A DNA stretch of 64,000 nt, taken from the NCBI GenBank assembly GCA_022510945.1, contig JAFLSK010000003.1, forward strand, positions 1,513 through 65,512. The letters run 5' to 3'. Source of the DNA: Ruminococcus sp. (lineage in GTDB: Bacteria; Bacillota; Clostridia; Oscillospirales; Acutalibacteraceae). Below the pieces are notes generated by a model, which did no database searches, was not told the DNA's origin, and was given only the letters and a program-made list of their open reading frames with translations. The translations under genes were made by a program, and so were the position numbers. Shown here in pieces: positions 18,836 through 29,423 of this stretch (positions are counted from its first letter, which is position 1; every line of letters begins with the position of its first letter).

Positions 18836-19597
18836 TTAATCTATTCTTCCGTAGAGCCCTGCGCCGTTGCTCTCATCGAGAGGCTTGCGGTCAGGATCGG
18901 GGGCAGGTCTCGAGTCGGTACGAGGTCTCTGTCCTCTTCTGTTGTAGCCTCTGCCGCCTCTTCTCTCCTTCGGGTCGGGACCGATAACAACGTGTCTTCC
19001 GGCGCCTTCGCCTTCGCTCCACGAAATCGCGCCCTTAACCTTCTGGACGGAAGTATGTATAATTCTTCTCTCGTAAGGATTCATCGGCTCGAGCGAGGTC
19101 TTTCTGCCTGTCTTGACAGCCTTGAAAGCGAGCTTTCTGCCGAGAATTTCGAGAGTTTTCTCGCGCTTTTCTCTGTAGTTACCTGTGTTCACGGTAATCT
19201 TGAAATAGCTGTTGTCAACGTGATTTGCAACAAGGCTTGTGAGGTACTGAAGTGCGTCTAAAGTCTCGCCGCGTCTGCCGATAACAAAACCAACGTCCTC
19301 GCCCTCGATGTTGAAGGTCGCGCTGTCCTCGTTTTTCTCCACGTTAACTGTAATATCAGTGAGGTTCATCGCGCCGATAACGCTCTTTAAGAACTCCTCG
19401 GCTGTGTCCGCGGGGCTGCCCTTTACGGTAACCTTTACCTTAGCAAGCTTTCCGCCGAAAAGACCGAGCACCTTTTTCTCGGCTCTGTTAATAACCTCAA
19501 ATTCTACTTCATCTTCATCGCTGAGTCCGAGCTGAGCCTTTGCGTCTGCAAGCGCCTCTAACTCTGTCTCACCGGTGCCTATAACTTCTTTAATCAT
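18836..19597 (-). CDS. jag: Jag/EloR (KhpB) RNA-binding protein
   Basis: Jag_N domain, KH IGRRGETLDALQYL, R3H ERRIIH. Confidence 0.95.
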   Translation of the reverse strand: MIKEVIGTGETELEALADAKAQLGLSDEDEVEFEVINRAEKKVLGLFGGKLAKVKVTVKGSPADTAEEFLKSVIGAMNLTDITVNVEKNEDSATFNIEGEDVGFVIGRRGETLDALQYLTSLVANHVDNSYFKITVNTGNYREKREKTLEILGRKLAFKAVKTGRKTSLEPMNPYERRIIHTSVQKVKGAISWSEGEGAGRHVVIGPDPKERRGGRGYNRRGQRPRTDSRPAPDPDRKPLDESNGAGLYGRID

Positions 19598-19612
19598 TTT
19601 AGTCCCTCTGAA

Positions 19613-20602
19613 TTACTTCTTTTTATTTTTACTGTTATTATTGTTGTAGCTTATGGGAGCGTACTCGTACTTAACCTGAGCCTCCTGCTGCTCAAGCAGA
19701 GCAACGTGCTGAGCCTCGCTCTTTGCGATAAGCTGAGCAGGGCCGAAAAACTTGCCCATAATTACTGCCTGAATAAGGCTGAAAAGCGACGACGCTATCC
19801 AGTAGAAGCCCACCGCGGCGGGAATCGAGAAAGAAATCCACGCCGTAAACAGCGGCATACCTATCATCATTACCTTCATACAACCCTGCTGGCTCTGAGC
19901 CGTTCCGTTTACCTTCATCGTCACGAGCTGAGCCGCAACCGAGGACACGAAGCAGAGCACGGGAATAATGAAATAAACAGAGAATATTCCCTGACTGTTC
20001 GGGGTTGTAAGGAGGTTAAATCCTGCGAAATTAAAGCCGTTTACAAACATCTCGATATTAGCCGCGTCGCCGCCTGACGGGAACAGCTGAGAAATCAGCT
20101 CTCTCGAGTCAGCAAGCGCACTGACGAGGGAAATTTCGCGATATGCTACAGCCGAGCCCGCAATCGCACCATTCGATACGGAGAATCCCGGAATAGTGTT
20201 GATAAAGCTCATCGCGTTATCAACGAGGTCGGAGCCGATATGCAGCGTGTTTGTAAGCGGATATGCAACAGCGTAGAAGATGCCGAGCATAATGAAAAGA
20301 GGAACGAGGCTTGTAAGACAGCCGCCCGTGGGGCTTACTCCTTCCTTATCATAGAGCTTTTGCATCTCTTCGTTAGCTTTCTGCCTGTTATTTGCGTATT
20401 TTTCTCTTATTTCCTGCTGTTTTTTCTGTAATCTTGCTGTGTTAGCCATACTTTTCTGTTGCTTGACAGAAAAAGGAAATAATATAAAACGTACTATAAG
20501 CGTAAAGAAAATGATTGAAACTCCGAAGTTCTGAAATAAATAAAACAGACCCCAGAGCAAGTATCCTAAGATACTACCGAAAAAACCGAAAAACTGAATC
20601 AT
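19613..20602 (-). CDS. yidC: Membrane protein insertase YidC/SpoIIIJ
   Basis: FTLIVRFILFP, KQQKSM, GGCL, VGFYWI; conserved rnpA-yidD-yidC-jag order. Confidence 0.95.
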   Translation of the reverse strand: MIQFFGFFGSILGYLLWGLFYLFQNFGVSIIFFTLIVRFILFPFSVKQQKSMANTARLQKKQQEIREKYANNRQKANEEMQKLYDKEGVSPTGGCLTSLVPLFIMLGIFYAVAYPLTNTLHIGSDLVDNAMSFINTIPGFSVSNGAIAGSAVAYREISLVSALADSRELISQLFPSGGDAANIEMFVNGFNFAGFNLLTTPNSQGIFSVYFIIPVLCFVSSVAAQLVTMKVNGTAQSQQGCMKVMMIGMPLFTAWISFSIPAAVGFYWIASSLFSLIQAVIMGKFFGPAQLIAKSEAQHVALLEQQEAQVKYEYAPISYNNNNSKNKKK

Positions 20603-20839
20603 TTAAGAGTTACCTCTCTTTTTTCTTTTCTCGGGGACAGGGTCGACCCCGCCCTTCGAAAAGGGGTTACATCTTAGAAATCGCCATGCCGCCAGCGCCG
20701 TGCCCTTTAACGCTCCGTGCGTTTCTATCGCCTCAACGGCGTAGTGGGAGCAGGTCGGATAATATTTACATTTCGGCGGTGTATACGCGGAGATATTTTT
20801 CTGATAAAAGCGGATAGATTTAATCAGGAGTTTTTTCAT
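20603..20839 (-). CDS. yidD: Membrane protein insertion efficiency factor YidD
   Basis: [27 protein letters not shown]. Confidence 0.95.
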   Translation of the reverse strand: MKKLLIKSIRFYQKNISAYTPPKCKYYPTCSHYAVEAIETHGALKGTALAAWRFLRCNPFSKGGVDPVPEKRKKRGNS

Positions 20840-21182
20840 TTTTGCTCTCTCCTATTATTCCCGCTTTTTTAAAATGCGAAAGCATCGCTTCCTTTACGAC
20901 GTAGCTTTTGACGAAGGGCGTTTTTCCCCTTGCGACGAAGACTATGTCGTGCCCGTTTCGAACCTCGGGCAAGAGCTCTCTGAAAGCCGCTCTTATAACT
21001 CTGCGTGACCGCGAACGCCTGACAGCATTGCCTATTTTTTTGCCGGTGGTTATTCCATATCGAAGGTTATCGGATTTATTTTTCAAAACATAGGTTACAA
21101 GCACAGGACTGACAAAGCTCCTCCCTCTACGGTAGAGTCTCTGAAAATCCCTATTATCTTTCAAAGTGATTTTCTCACTCAT
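20820..21182 (-). CDS. rnpA: RNase P protein component
   Basis: [18 protein letters not shown]-like motif. Confidence 0.96.
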   Translation of the reverse strand: MSEKITLKDNRDFQRLYRRGRSFVSPVLVTYVLKNKSDNLRYGITTGKKIGNAVRRSRSRRVIRAAFRELLPEVRNGHDIVFVARGKTPFVKSYVVKEAMLSHFKKAGIIGESKNEKTPD

Positions 21183-21267
21183 TCAAACCACCTGCAAGTT
21201 AATAATACTAAACCCTGAAAATAGGGTTTAGTATAAAATAAAGACCACCAAAAAAAGTGGTCTTATT

Positions 21268-21402
21268 TTAATATGACAACTTTTTTCTTCCTTTAGCTCT
21301 TCTTCTTGCTAAAACTTTTCTGCCGTTTGCAGTTGACATTCTCTTCATAAAACCGTGCTCTTTCTTTCTGTGGAGCTTTTTGGGCTGATATGTTCTCTTC
21401 AT
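21268..21402 (-). CDS. rpmH: 50S ribosomal protein L34
   Basis: Not in the ORF track; manual translation [44 protein letters not shown]; AAAGGAGG RBS. Confidence 0.97.
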   Translation of the reverse strand: MKRTYQPKKLHRKKEHGFMKRMSTANGRKVLARRRAKGRKKLSY

Positions 21403-21627
21403 AACTTATGACCCTCCTTTCGGATACATAACCTTGCAATATACTTGCAGTTTACCATTATAGTATAAAAGTCAAAAATCGTCAACAATTTTTTAAAAAT
21501 TTATTTTCTTAATAGTAATAAAAATCAAGCATATACAAGATATTGTGGGTGGTGTCTCTTTGTTACCTATAACTTAGATGTTTATATATAAATATATACA
21601 ATTTATATTACAATTTTTTAACTGCAA

Positions 21628-21656
21628 TTGCATTTTCAACATTTTGTTGCTATAAT
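21628..21656 (+). promoter_or_regulatory. dnaA promoter with an overlapping DnaA-box-like site
   Basis: TTGCAT-N17-TATAAT with TGn extension; TTTTCAACA at 21633-21641 lies in the spacer. Confidence 0.7.
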
Positions 21657-21730
21657 ATAATCAGATTATAGTGGAGTAATTTTGTTACCGTTCAATATAA
21701 CAAACGGCAGCAAGAGGAAAGGAAAGTTTA

Positions 21731-23044
21731 ATGTTACAATTCAACGAAGCTTGGAACGTAATCTGCGATTATTGCAGGCGCAGTATTACAGACGTGGCTT
21801 ATAACACATGGATAAGCAAAATTGAGCCATTGAACCTAAATTTTGACAGCAACGAGGCGACTCTCCTCGTTCCGAATGATTTTCACCGCCAGACTCTCGA
21901 GCGTTGCTACAAAACCCTTTTAACCGACGCGTTCGAGGCTGTTTTCGACACACATATCGACGTAAAATTCACCGTTCCCGAGGAAGAGGAAAAGAACGAT
22001 ATTCTCGTTGACGACATCAACGACAAGGGCTACGAGTACACCTTCGATACCTTCATCGTCGGAAATTCGAATAAGTTCGCTCACGCGGCGTGCCTTGCGG
22101 TCGCTCAGAATCCGTCAAAGGCATATAATCCGCTCGTTCTCTACGGCAACTCGGGACTCGGTAAAACTCACCTTCTTTACGCTATCTGGAACGAAATCAA
22201 GAAAAACGATTCAAATAAAAATATCTGCTATGTAAAGGGCGACGACTTTACAAATGACCTAATCGAGTCATTACACCGCAACGCTATGTCTGAGTTCAGA
22301 CAGAAATACCGCTACGCTGATGTCCTCCTTGTGGACGATATTCAGTTCATCGGCGGTAAGGAAAGCACTCAGCTTGAGTTCTTCCACACCTTCGAAACCC
22401 TTTACCTTGCAAATAAGCAGATTATCCTCACCTCGGACCGTCCGCCGAAGGAAATCAAAACTCTCGACGACCGACTCAGAGGCCGCTTTGAAGGCGGACT
22501 TATCGCCGATATTCTCCCGCCGGATATTGAGACAAGAATCGCAATCATCGAGCGCAAGGCTGAACTTATGAATATCACTATTCCGAAGGACGTGTGCGAG
22601 TACATAGCTAACAACGTCAAGTCGAACATTCGCCAGCTTGAGGGAACTGTCAAAAAGATAAAAGCAAAAAATAATCTCGACGGCGAACGCCCGTCTATTA
22701 AATCCGTGCAGAATATCATCGCTGACATTCTAAACAACGACACTCCTCCCGAGGTTACGGTTGAAAAAATTGTCGACGAGGTCGCGCGCACCTTCAACGT
22801 CAGTGCAGAAGATCTTCGCCGCAGCAACAACCGCAGCGCATACATAAGTTCTCCGCGCCAGGTAGCTATCTACGTTGTAAACGAGCTTACGACCCTCACT
22901 CAGGAGAACATCGGCAAGGAATTCGGCGGCAGAGACCACTCGACCATCAAATACGCAATCGACACTACAAAAAAGAAGATGGCAAAGGACTCAAAGCTGC
23001 GTTCAATTGTTGACGATATCATCAAAAATTGCAGTAACGAGTAA
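21731..23044 (+). CDS. dnaA: Chromosomal replication initiator DnaA
   Basis: YTFDTFIVG, GNSGLGKTHL, DDIQF, domain IV GGRDHSTI. Confidence 0.99.
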   Translation: MLQFNEAWNVICDYCRRSITDVAYNTWISKIEPLNLNFDSNEATLLVPNDFHRQTLERCYKTLLTDAFEAVFDTHIDVKFTVPEEEEKNDILVDDINDKGYEYTFDTFIVGNSNKFAHAACLAVAQNPSKAYNPLVLYGNSGLGKTHLLYAIWNEIKKNDSNKNICYVKGDDFTNDLIESLHRNAMSEFRQKYRYADVLLVDDIQFIGGKESTQLEFFHTFETLYLANKQIILTSDRPPKEIKTLDDRLRGRFEGGLIADILPPDIETRIAIIERKAELMNITIPKDVCEYIANNVKSNIRQLEGTVKKIKAKNNLDGERPSIKSVQNIIADILNNDTPPEVTVEKIVDEVARTFNVSAEDLRRSNNRSAYISSPRQVAIYVVNELTTLTQENIGKEFGGRDHSTIKYAIDTTKKKMAKDSKLRSIVDDIIKNCSNE

Positions 23045-23265
23045 AAATATTTTTCCGCAATTTTTTCAACATTTAACAACGAATTTTCCACCGACTGTGG
23101 ACAAATCTTTTACAAAAGAAAAATTTTCCACATTTTAAACATTTTCAAAATGAAAAATTTTCCTTAATTTTTCCGACAGAAAAGCCAAAAATCTAATTTT
23201 TCAACATTTCCACACACTCTACTACTACTACTAAGCTATATATATCTTATCTTTTATATTATTAA
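23045..23265. other. oriC (dnaA-dnaN interval): DnaA boxes, DnaA-trios and AT-rich unwinding element
   Basis: Box-like 9-mers at 23051, 23063, 23084, 23096 (rev), 23124, 23133, 23142, 23198, 23206; TAC x4 trios at 23220-23231; then TATATATATCTTATCTTTTATATTATT; gene strand bias switches nearby. Confidence 0.92.
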
Positions 23266-23285
23266 GCGAAAAAGGAGAGAAGTTT

Positions 23286-24386
23286 ATGAAATTCAACGTT
23301 TTGAGAACCGACCTTGTTGAAGCTGTTTCGAATGTATCAAGAGCAGTTTCGAGCAAGGCTTCGATACCCGCTCTCGAGGGCGTGCTTATCAAGGCATATG
23401 GACAGACTATTTCCGTTTCGGGTTATAACCTCGAAATCGGAATTACTACTAACATAGACGCAACCATCCAGCAGGAGGGAGAGATTGTCGTTCCGGCGTC
23501 GACCTTCAACGCTTTTATCCGCAAACTCCCCGAGGAGGTTGTATGTATAGAAACTGACGAAAGAATGAAGACATATATAACAAGCGGCTCGGCTTCCTAC
23601 AAGCTTGTGGGAATTTCTTCCGTTGAATATCCCGACCTTCCTGTTTTTGAAGAGACGGAAAGGTTCGAAATCGCGGGCGATACACTCAGCGATATGATTC
23701 ACCAGACGGTTTATGCAGTTTCCGACAACAACGCAAGACCGATTTACACAGGCTCGCTTTTTGAACTCAAAGATAAGATTTTAAAAATAGTTGCTGTCGA
23801 CGGCTATAGAATGGCAATCCGTCAGGAGCCTATCGAGGACGAGCTCGAGAGCAAGTTTGTTGTTCCGGGAAAAACTCAGAACGAGGTAATAAAACTTATA
23901 AAATCCGAGGAAAATGTAAAAATCGGCGTAGGACAGAGGCATATAGTGTTCAAAATCGGCGAGTATTCCGTAATCTCGCGCCTTGTCGAGGGTACCTTCC
24001 TCGATTACAACAGCACTATCCCGAAGGATAAGAAAACAGAGGTTGTCGTTAACACGCGCAGACTTATCGCGACGGTTGACAGAATGATGCCCGTAAACGG
24101 CGACAAAATTCAGAGTCCCGTAAGAATGAACTTTTCTAATGACCAGATTCACTTCTCCTGCACTTCCGCTCTCAACAGCGCCGACGATATAATAGAAGCG
24201 CCGATAATGGGCGAGGAGGTTGAAATCGGCTTTAACAACCGTTATCTCTTTGACGCAATCAGAAATATCGACAGCGACGAGCTGAAAATGACTCTCAACG
24301 GCAGTCATTCGCCGATGATTATAACTCCCGTAAAGGGCGACAGCTTTATAAATCTTGTCGTACCGATGAGGCTTGCAAATGTCTGA
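23286..24386 (+). CDS. dnaN: DNA polymerase III beta sliding clamp
   Basis: [17 protein letters not shown]-terminal VVPMR; follows dnaA. Confidence 0.98.
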   Translation: MKFNVLRTDLVEAVSNVSRAVSSKASIPALEGVLIKAYGQTISVSGYNLEIGITTNIDATIQQEGEIVVPASTFNAFIRKLPEEVVCIETDERMKTYITSGSASYKLVGISSVEYPDLPVFEETERFEIAGDTLSDMIHQTVYAVSDNNARPIYTGSLFELKDKILKIVAVDGYRMAIRQEPIEDELESKFVVPGKTQNEVIKLIKSEENVKIGVGQRHIVFKIGEYSVISRLVEGTFLDYNSTIPKDKKTEVVVNTRRLIATVDRMMPVNGDKIQSPVRMNFSNDQIHFSCTSALNSADDIIEAPIMGEEVEIGFNNRYLFDAIRNIDSDELKMTLNGSHSPMIITPVKGDSFINLVVPMRLANV

Positions 24387-24597
24387 GCAGATTATAAAGG
24401 TTGAGGGAGAGTTTATAAGACTTCAGGACCTTCTGAAACTCAGCGGACTTTGCGAAACCGGCGGACACGCCAAAATTGTCGTGCAAAACGGCGAAGTTAA
24501 GGTTAACGGAGAAGTATGCACGATGCGCGGGAAAAAACTGCGCACCGACGACATAGCTGAATTCGAAGGAGAAAAAGTTAAGGTAATATTAACGTAG
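24379..24597 (+). CDS. yaaA: S4-domain RNA-binding protein YaaA
   Basis: FIRLQDLLK...TGGHAK...[13 protein letters not shown]; between dnaN and recF. Confidence 0.9.
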   Translation: MSEQIIKVEGEFIRLQDLLKLSGLCETGGHAKIVVQNGEVKVNGEVCTMRGKKLRTDDIAEFEGEKVKVILT

Positions 24598-24651
24598 CGT
24601 TAGTAAAAAAAGAAAAGTATATGAAAATCAGCGAATAGGAACTAACGGTTA

Positions 24652-25752
24652 ATGTATGTAAAAGGATTACAATTTCAGAATTTCAGAAATCTTTCTGACG
24701 ATTGCATAAAGCCTTGTGAGGGGATTAACGTGATTTACGGCAACAACGCTCAGGGCAAGACGAATATCCTCGAAGCGTTGTGGCTGTTCTGCGGAGGTCA
24801 TAGTTTCCGCGCGTCACGCGAAAATGAGTTAGTAAAATACGGAGAGAAATTTTATAAATTAAAAGTAAAATTTTTCTCTCAGGACAGGGAACAGGACGCA
24901 GAGATTATCTTTAACGGCGGCAAAAGAGAGGTCGTCATAAACGGAGTAAAAAAGGCTTCGTCCACGGCGCTTATCGGGCGATACACCGCGGTGATTTTCT
25001 CGCCGGAGGATATGACTCTTGTGAAGAGAGGTCCGTCGGCGCGAAGAAGATTTATCGACAGCGCAATCTGCCGTGAAAAATTTCAGAACGCGGTTCTGCT
25101 CGCAAAATATAATCAGACTCTCAACCAGCGAAACGCACTGCTAAAGGATATTTTCCGTCATCCGGAGCTGAAAAAAACGCTCGATATATGGGACGACACG
25201 TTGTGCGACCTCGGCGCCGCGATAATTTTGCAGAGACTCTCGTATATTGAAAAACTCAGCAAAAAGGCGAGAGAATATCACTTCGGAATTTCCGACAATA
25301 CGGAAGAACTCAGCCTTTCCTATATCTCTACCTGCGCTGCAGAAAACGGCGACAGTAAAAGTGAAATTTTCGAAAAGCTTAAAAAGAGCCTTCACGAGTC
25401 AAAGAGCGAGGATTTCCGTTCGGGCTACACAAACGTCGGCCCGCACCGAGACGATTTTGACATAATAATCAATGACCGCAAGGCGAAGATATTCGCGTCT
25501 CAGGGTCAGCAACGCAGCGCGGTGCTTTCGCTGAAATTAGCAGAGGCACAGGTGCTCAGCGAGCTGACGGGGGAGAATCCCGTGATTCTGCTCGACGACG
25601 TTCTCTCCGAGCTCGACAGGAAAAGACAGGACTTCCTCCTCAATAAAATTAACGGCTATCAGGTTTTTATAACCTGCTGTGATTTTGAGGTCAACAACCT
25701 GCTCGGCGAGGGAAAAAAATTCCTCATACAAAACGGCGAGGTAAAACAGTAA
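24652..25752 (+). CDS. recF: DNA repair protein RecF
   Basis: GNNAQGKTN, GPHRDD, SQGQQRS, LLDDVLSELD. Confidence 0.98.
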   Translation: MYVKGLQFQNFRNLSDDCIKPCEGINVIYGNNAQGKTNILEALWLFCGGHSFRASRENELVKYGEKFYKLKVKFFSQDREQDAEIIFNGGKREVVINGVKKASSTALIGRYTAVIFSPEDMTLVKRGPSARRRFIDSAICREKFQNAVLLAKYNQTLNQRNALLKDIFRHPELKKTLDIWDDTLCDLGAAIILQRLSYIEKLSKKAREYHFGISDNTEELSLSYISTCAAENGDSKSEIFEKLKKSLHESKSEDFRSGYTNVGPHRDDFDIIINDRKAKIFASQGQQRSAVLSLKLAEAQVLSELTGENPVILLDDVLSELDRKRQDFLLNKINGYQVFITCCDFEVNNLLGEGKKFLIQNGEVKQ

Positions 25753-26000
25753 TGTACCTTCATCTCGGAGAAAAAACAGTAATAAAAACAAGCTCAATCG
25801 TGGGAATCTTCGACCTCGACAACACGACCGTGTCGAAGAACACGCGCGCTTTCCTTACGGACGCCGAAAAAAAGGGAAGAGTAATAAACGTTTCCTACGA
25901 ACTGCCGAAGTCCTTTATCGTGTGCGAAGAGGACGGCGATACAACTGTATATATAAGTCAGCTGTCGAGTCAGACGCTGTTCAGACGAAATAAAATTTAG
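25752..26000 (+). CDS. remB: DUF370 / RemB (YaaB) family protein
   Basis: MYLHLG...IVGIFDLD...PKSFIV...YISQLSSQTL; follows recF. Confidence 0.85.
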   Translation: MYLHLGEKTVIKTSSIVGIFDLDNTTVSKNTRAFLTDAEKKGRVINVSYELPKSFIVCEEDGDTTVYISQLSSQTLFRRNKI

Positions 26001-26010
26001 GAATGAGTAT

Positions 26011-26658
26011 ATGAATAGTAAAAAATGCCCCTACTGCGGAAGAAGAATTTCATACTTTACGATCTTTCACGAGAAAAAACACGGCCTCTACACCTGCACA
26101 AGATGCAGAAAAGAGAGCAAAATCAAAACAGATTTCCGCCTTATCGTTGCGTTTATCGCGATGTGTCTCGCGGTAGTTATCTTTATGCTTTTGTGGTTCA
26201 ACTCAAAAAATTACAACAACTTCGCGGGCGTTGTAATCATTGCGATTGCGCTGATTATTTTCTACTTTTTAACTCCGCTTTTCGTCCGTTTTGTACCGCT
26301 TAAAAAGTACAGGAAAAATACCGAGGAGCAGACCATAGACAGCGTGGACAACGAGAACTTCCACTTCAACCGCGCCGCATTTGAAAAGGTAAAGCAGAAC
26401 CGCGCCGCGAAAAGACCCGAAAGCGATGAAAGCCGAGCGGACAAGGTTGTCGAGCAAATAGAGAGCGAGCCGTATGTTCCGATTATCAGGGACGTGAGCT
26501 CCTCGCACGCGTCCTCAGACGCTCCGCTCAGGAGAGTTCAGAAAACTCCGCCTAAAACAGAAACCGAGCCCGCCGCTCAGGAAGAAGACGTTCGCACCTA
26601 TGTGCCGAAAACTTCCCGTCCCGACGGCTCGAAATACACCGCCAACCGCAAATTCTGA
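26011..26658 (+). CDS. CxxC-x19-CxxC zinc-ribbon protein with 2 TM and a charged, probably disordered C-tail
   Basis: CPYC-x19-CTRC, two hydrophobic helices, ~120-aa polar tail. Confidence 0.8.
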   Translation: MNSKKCPYCGRRISYFTIFHEKKHGLYTCTRCRKESKIKTDFRLIVAFIAMCLAVVIFMLLWFNSKNYNNFAGVVIIAIALIIFYFLTPLFVRFVPLKKYRKNTEEQTIDSVDNENFHFNRAAFEKVKQNRAAKRPESDESRADKVVEQIESEPYVPIIRDVSSSHASSDAPLRRVQKTPPKTETEPAAQEEDVRTYVPKTSRPDGSKYTANRKF

Positions 26659-26660
26659 TT

Positions 26661-26984
26661 ATGTTCAGGCTGCCCGTATGTCCTCACTGCCGCACGGTCT
26701 ACCACTACGGCGACGTGAGGAAAAGTAAAAGAGAAAAGGTTATACAGTGCTATCACTGCAAGAAAAGCTTTACGCAGAGCAAAAAGGGATTTATCGTCCT
26801 TTTTGCTATAGCCGCGGCCGCGGCTGTGATTGTAAATATTATGATTCTGTCGAGAAACGATGATATTATCGGCACAATTATCCCAATCACGATTGTGAGC
26901 GTAATAGCGGTTATTTCAGCGATGATATTCGCACCGTATTTTATAACATATAAAAAAGATAAAAATAAATCGAATGATAAATGA
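26661..26984 (+). CDS. CxxC-x19-CxxC zinc-ribbon protein with 2 TM
   Basis: CPHC-x19-CYHC, two hydrophobic helices; 2 bp after the previous gene. Confidence 0.8.
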   Translation: MFRLPVCPHCRTVYHYGDVRKSKREKVIQCYHCKKSFTQSKKGFIVLFAIAAAAAVIVNIMILSRNDDIIGTIIPITIVSVIAVISAMIFAPYFITYKKDKNKSNDK

Positions 26985-26999
26985 CAAAGATGAAGTTGA

Positions 27000-28970
<1,971 letters not shown>

Positions 28971-28991
28971 GACGTGTAATAGGAGAACGTT

Positions 28992-29423
28992 ATGCATTCA
29001 AAATCTTACTTAACTGTCCGCTATGCCGAGACCGATAAAATGGGTATCGTGCACCACTCGAACTACCCTGTATGGTACGAGGTTGGACGGACTGACTATA
29101 TTAAATTATTCGGCGTAAGCTACAGCGATATGGAGAAAGCGGGCGTGATGATGCCGCTTATAAACCTGACCTGTAACTTCAGAAAGCCCGCGATATACGA
29201 GGACAATATCCTCGTGCGCACATGGGCGATTGGGCTGAGGGCCGCGTCCATCGAGTTTACTTACTCGGTAAAGAGAATAAATGAGGACGGAACAGAGACG
29301 GAGCTCGGCTACGGTACGACCGAGCACGGCTTTATCGACAGCAAAACCTTCCGTCCGTGTAATGTGAAGAAGCGTATGCCTGAGCTTTATGCAAAAGTCA
29401 AGGCTGCCGTAAGAGGTGAATAA
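28992..29423 (+). CDS. Hotdog-fold acyl-CoA thioesterase (YbgC/4HBT family)
   Basis: [25 protein letters not shown] motif. Confidence 0.9.
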   Translation: MHSKSYLTVRYAETDKMGIVHHSNYPVWYEVGRTDYIKLFGVSYSDMEKAGVMMPLINLTCNFRKPAIYEDNILVRTWAIGLRAASIEFTYSVKRINEDGTETELGYGTTEHGFIDSKTFRPCNVKKRMPELYAKVKAAVRGE

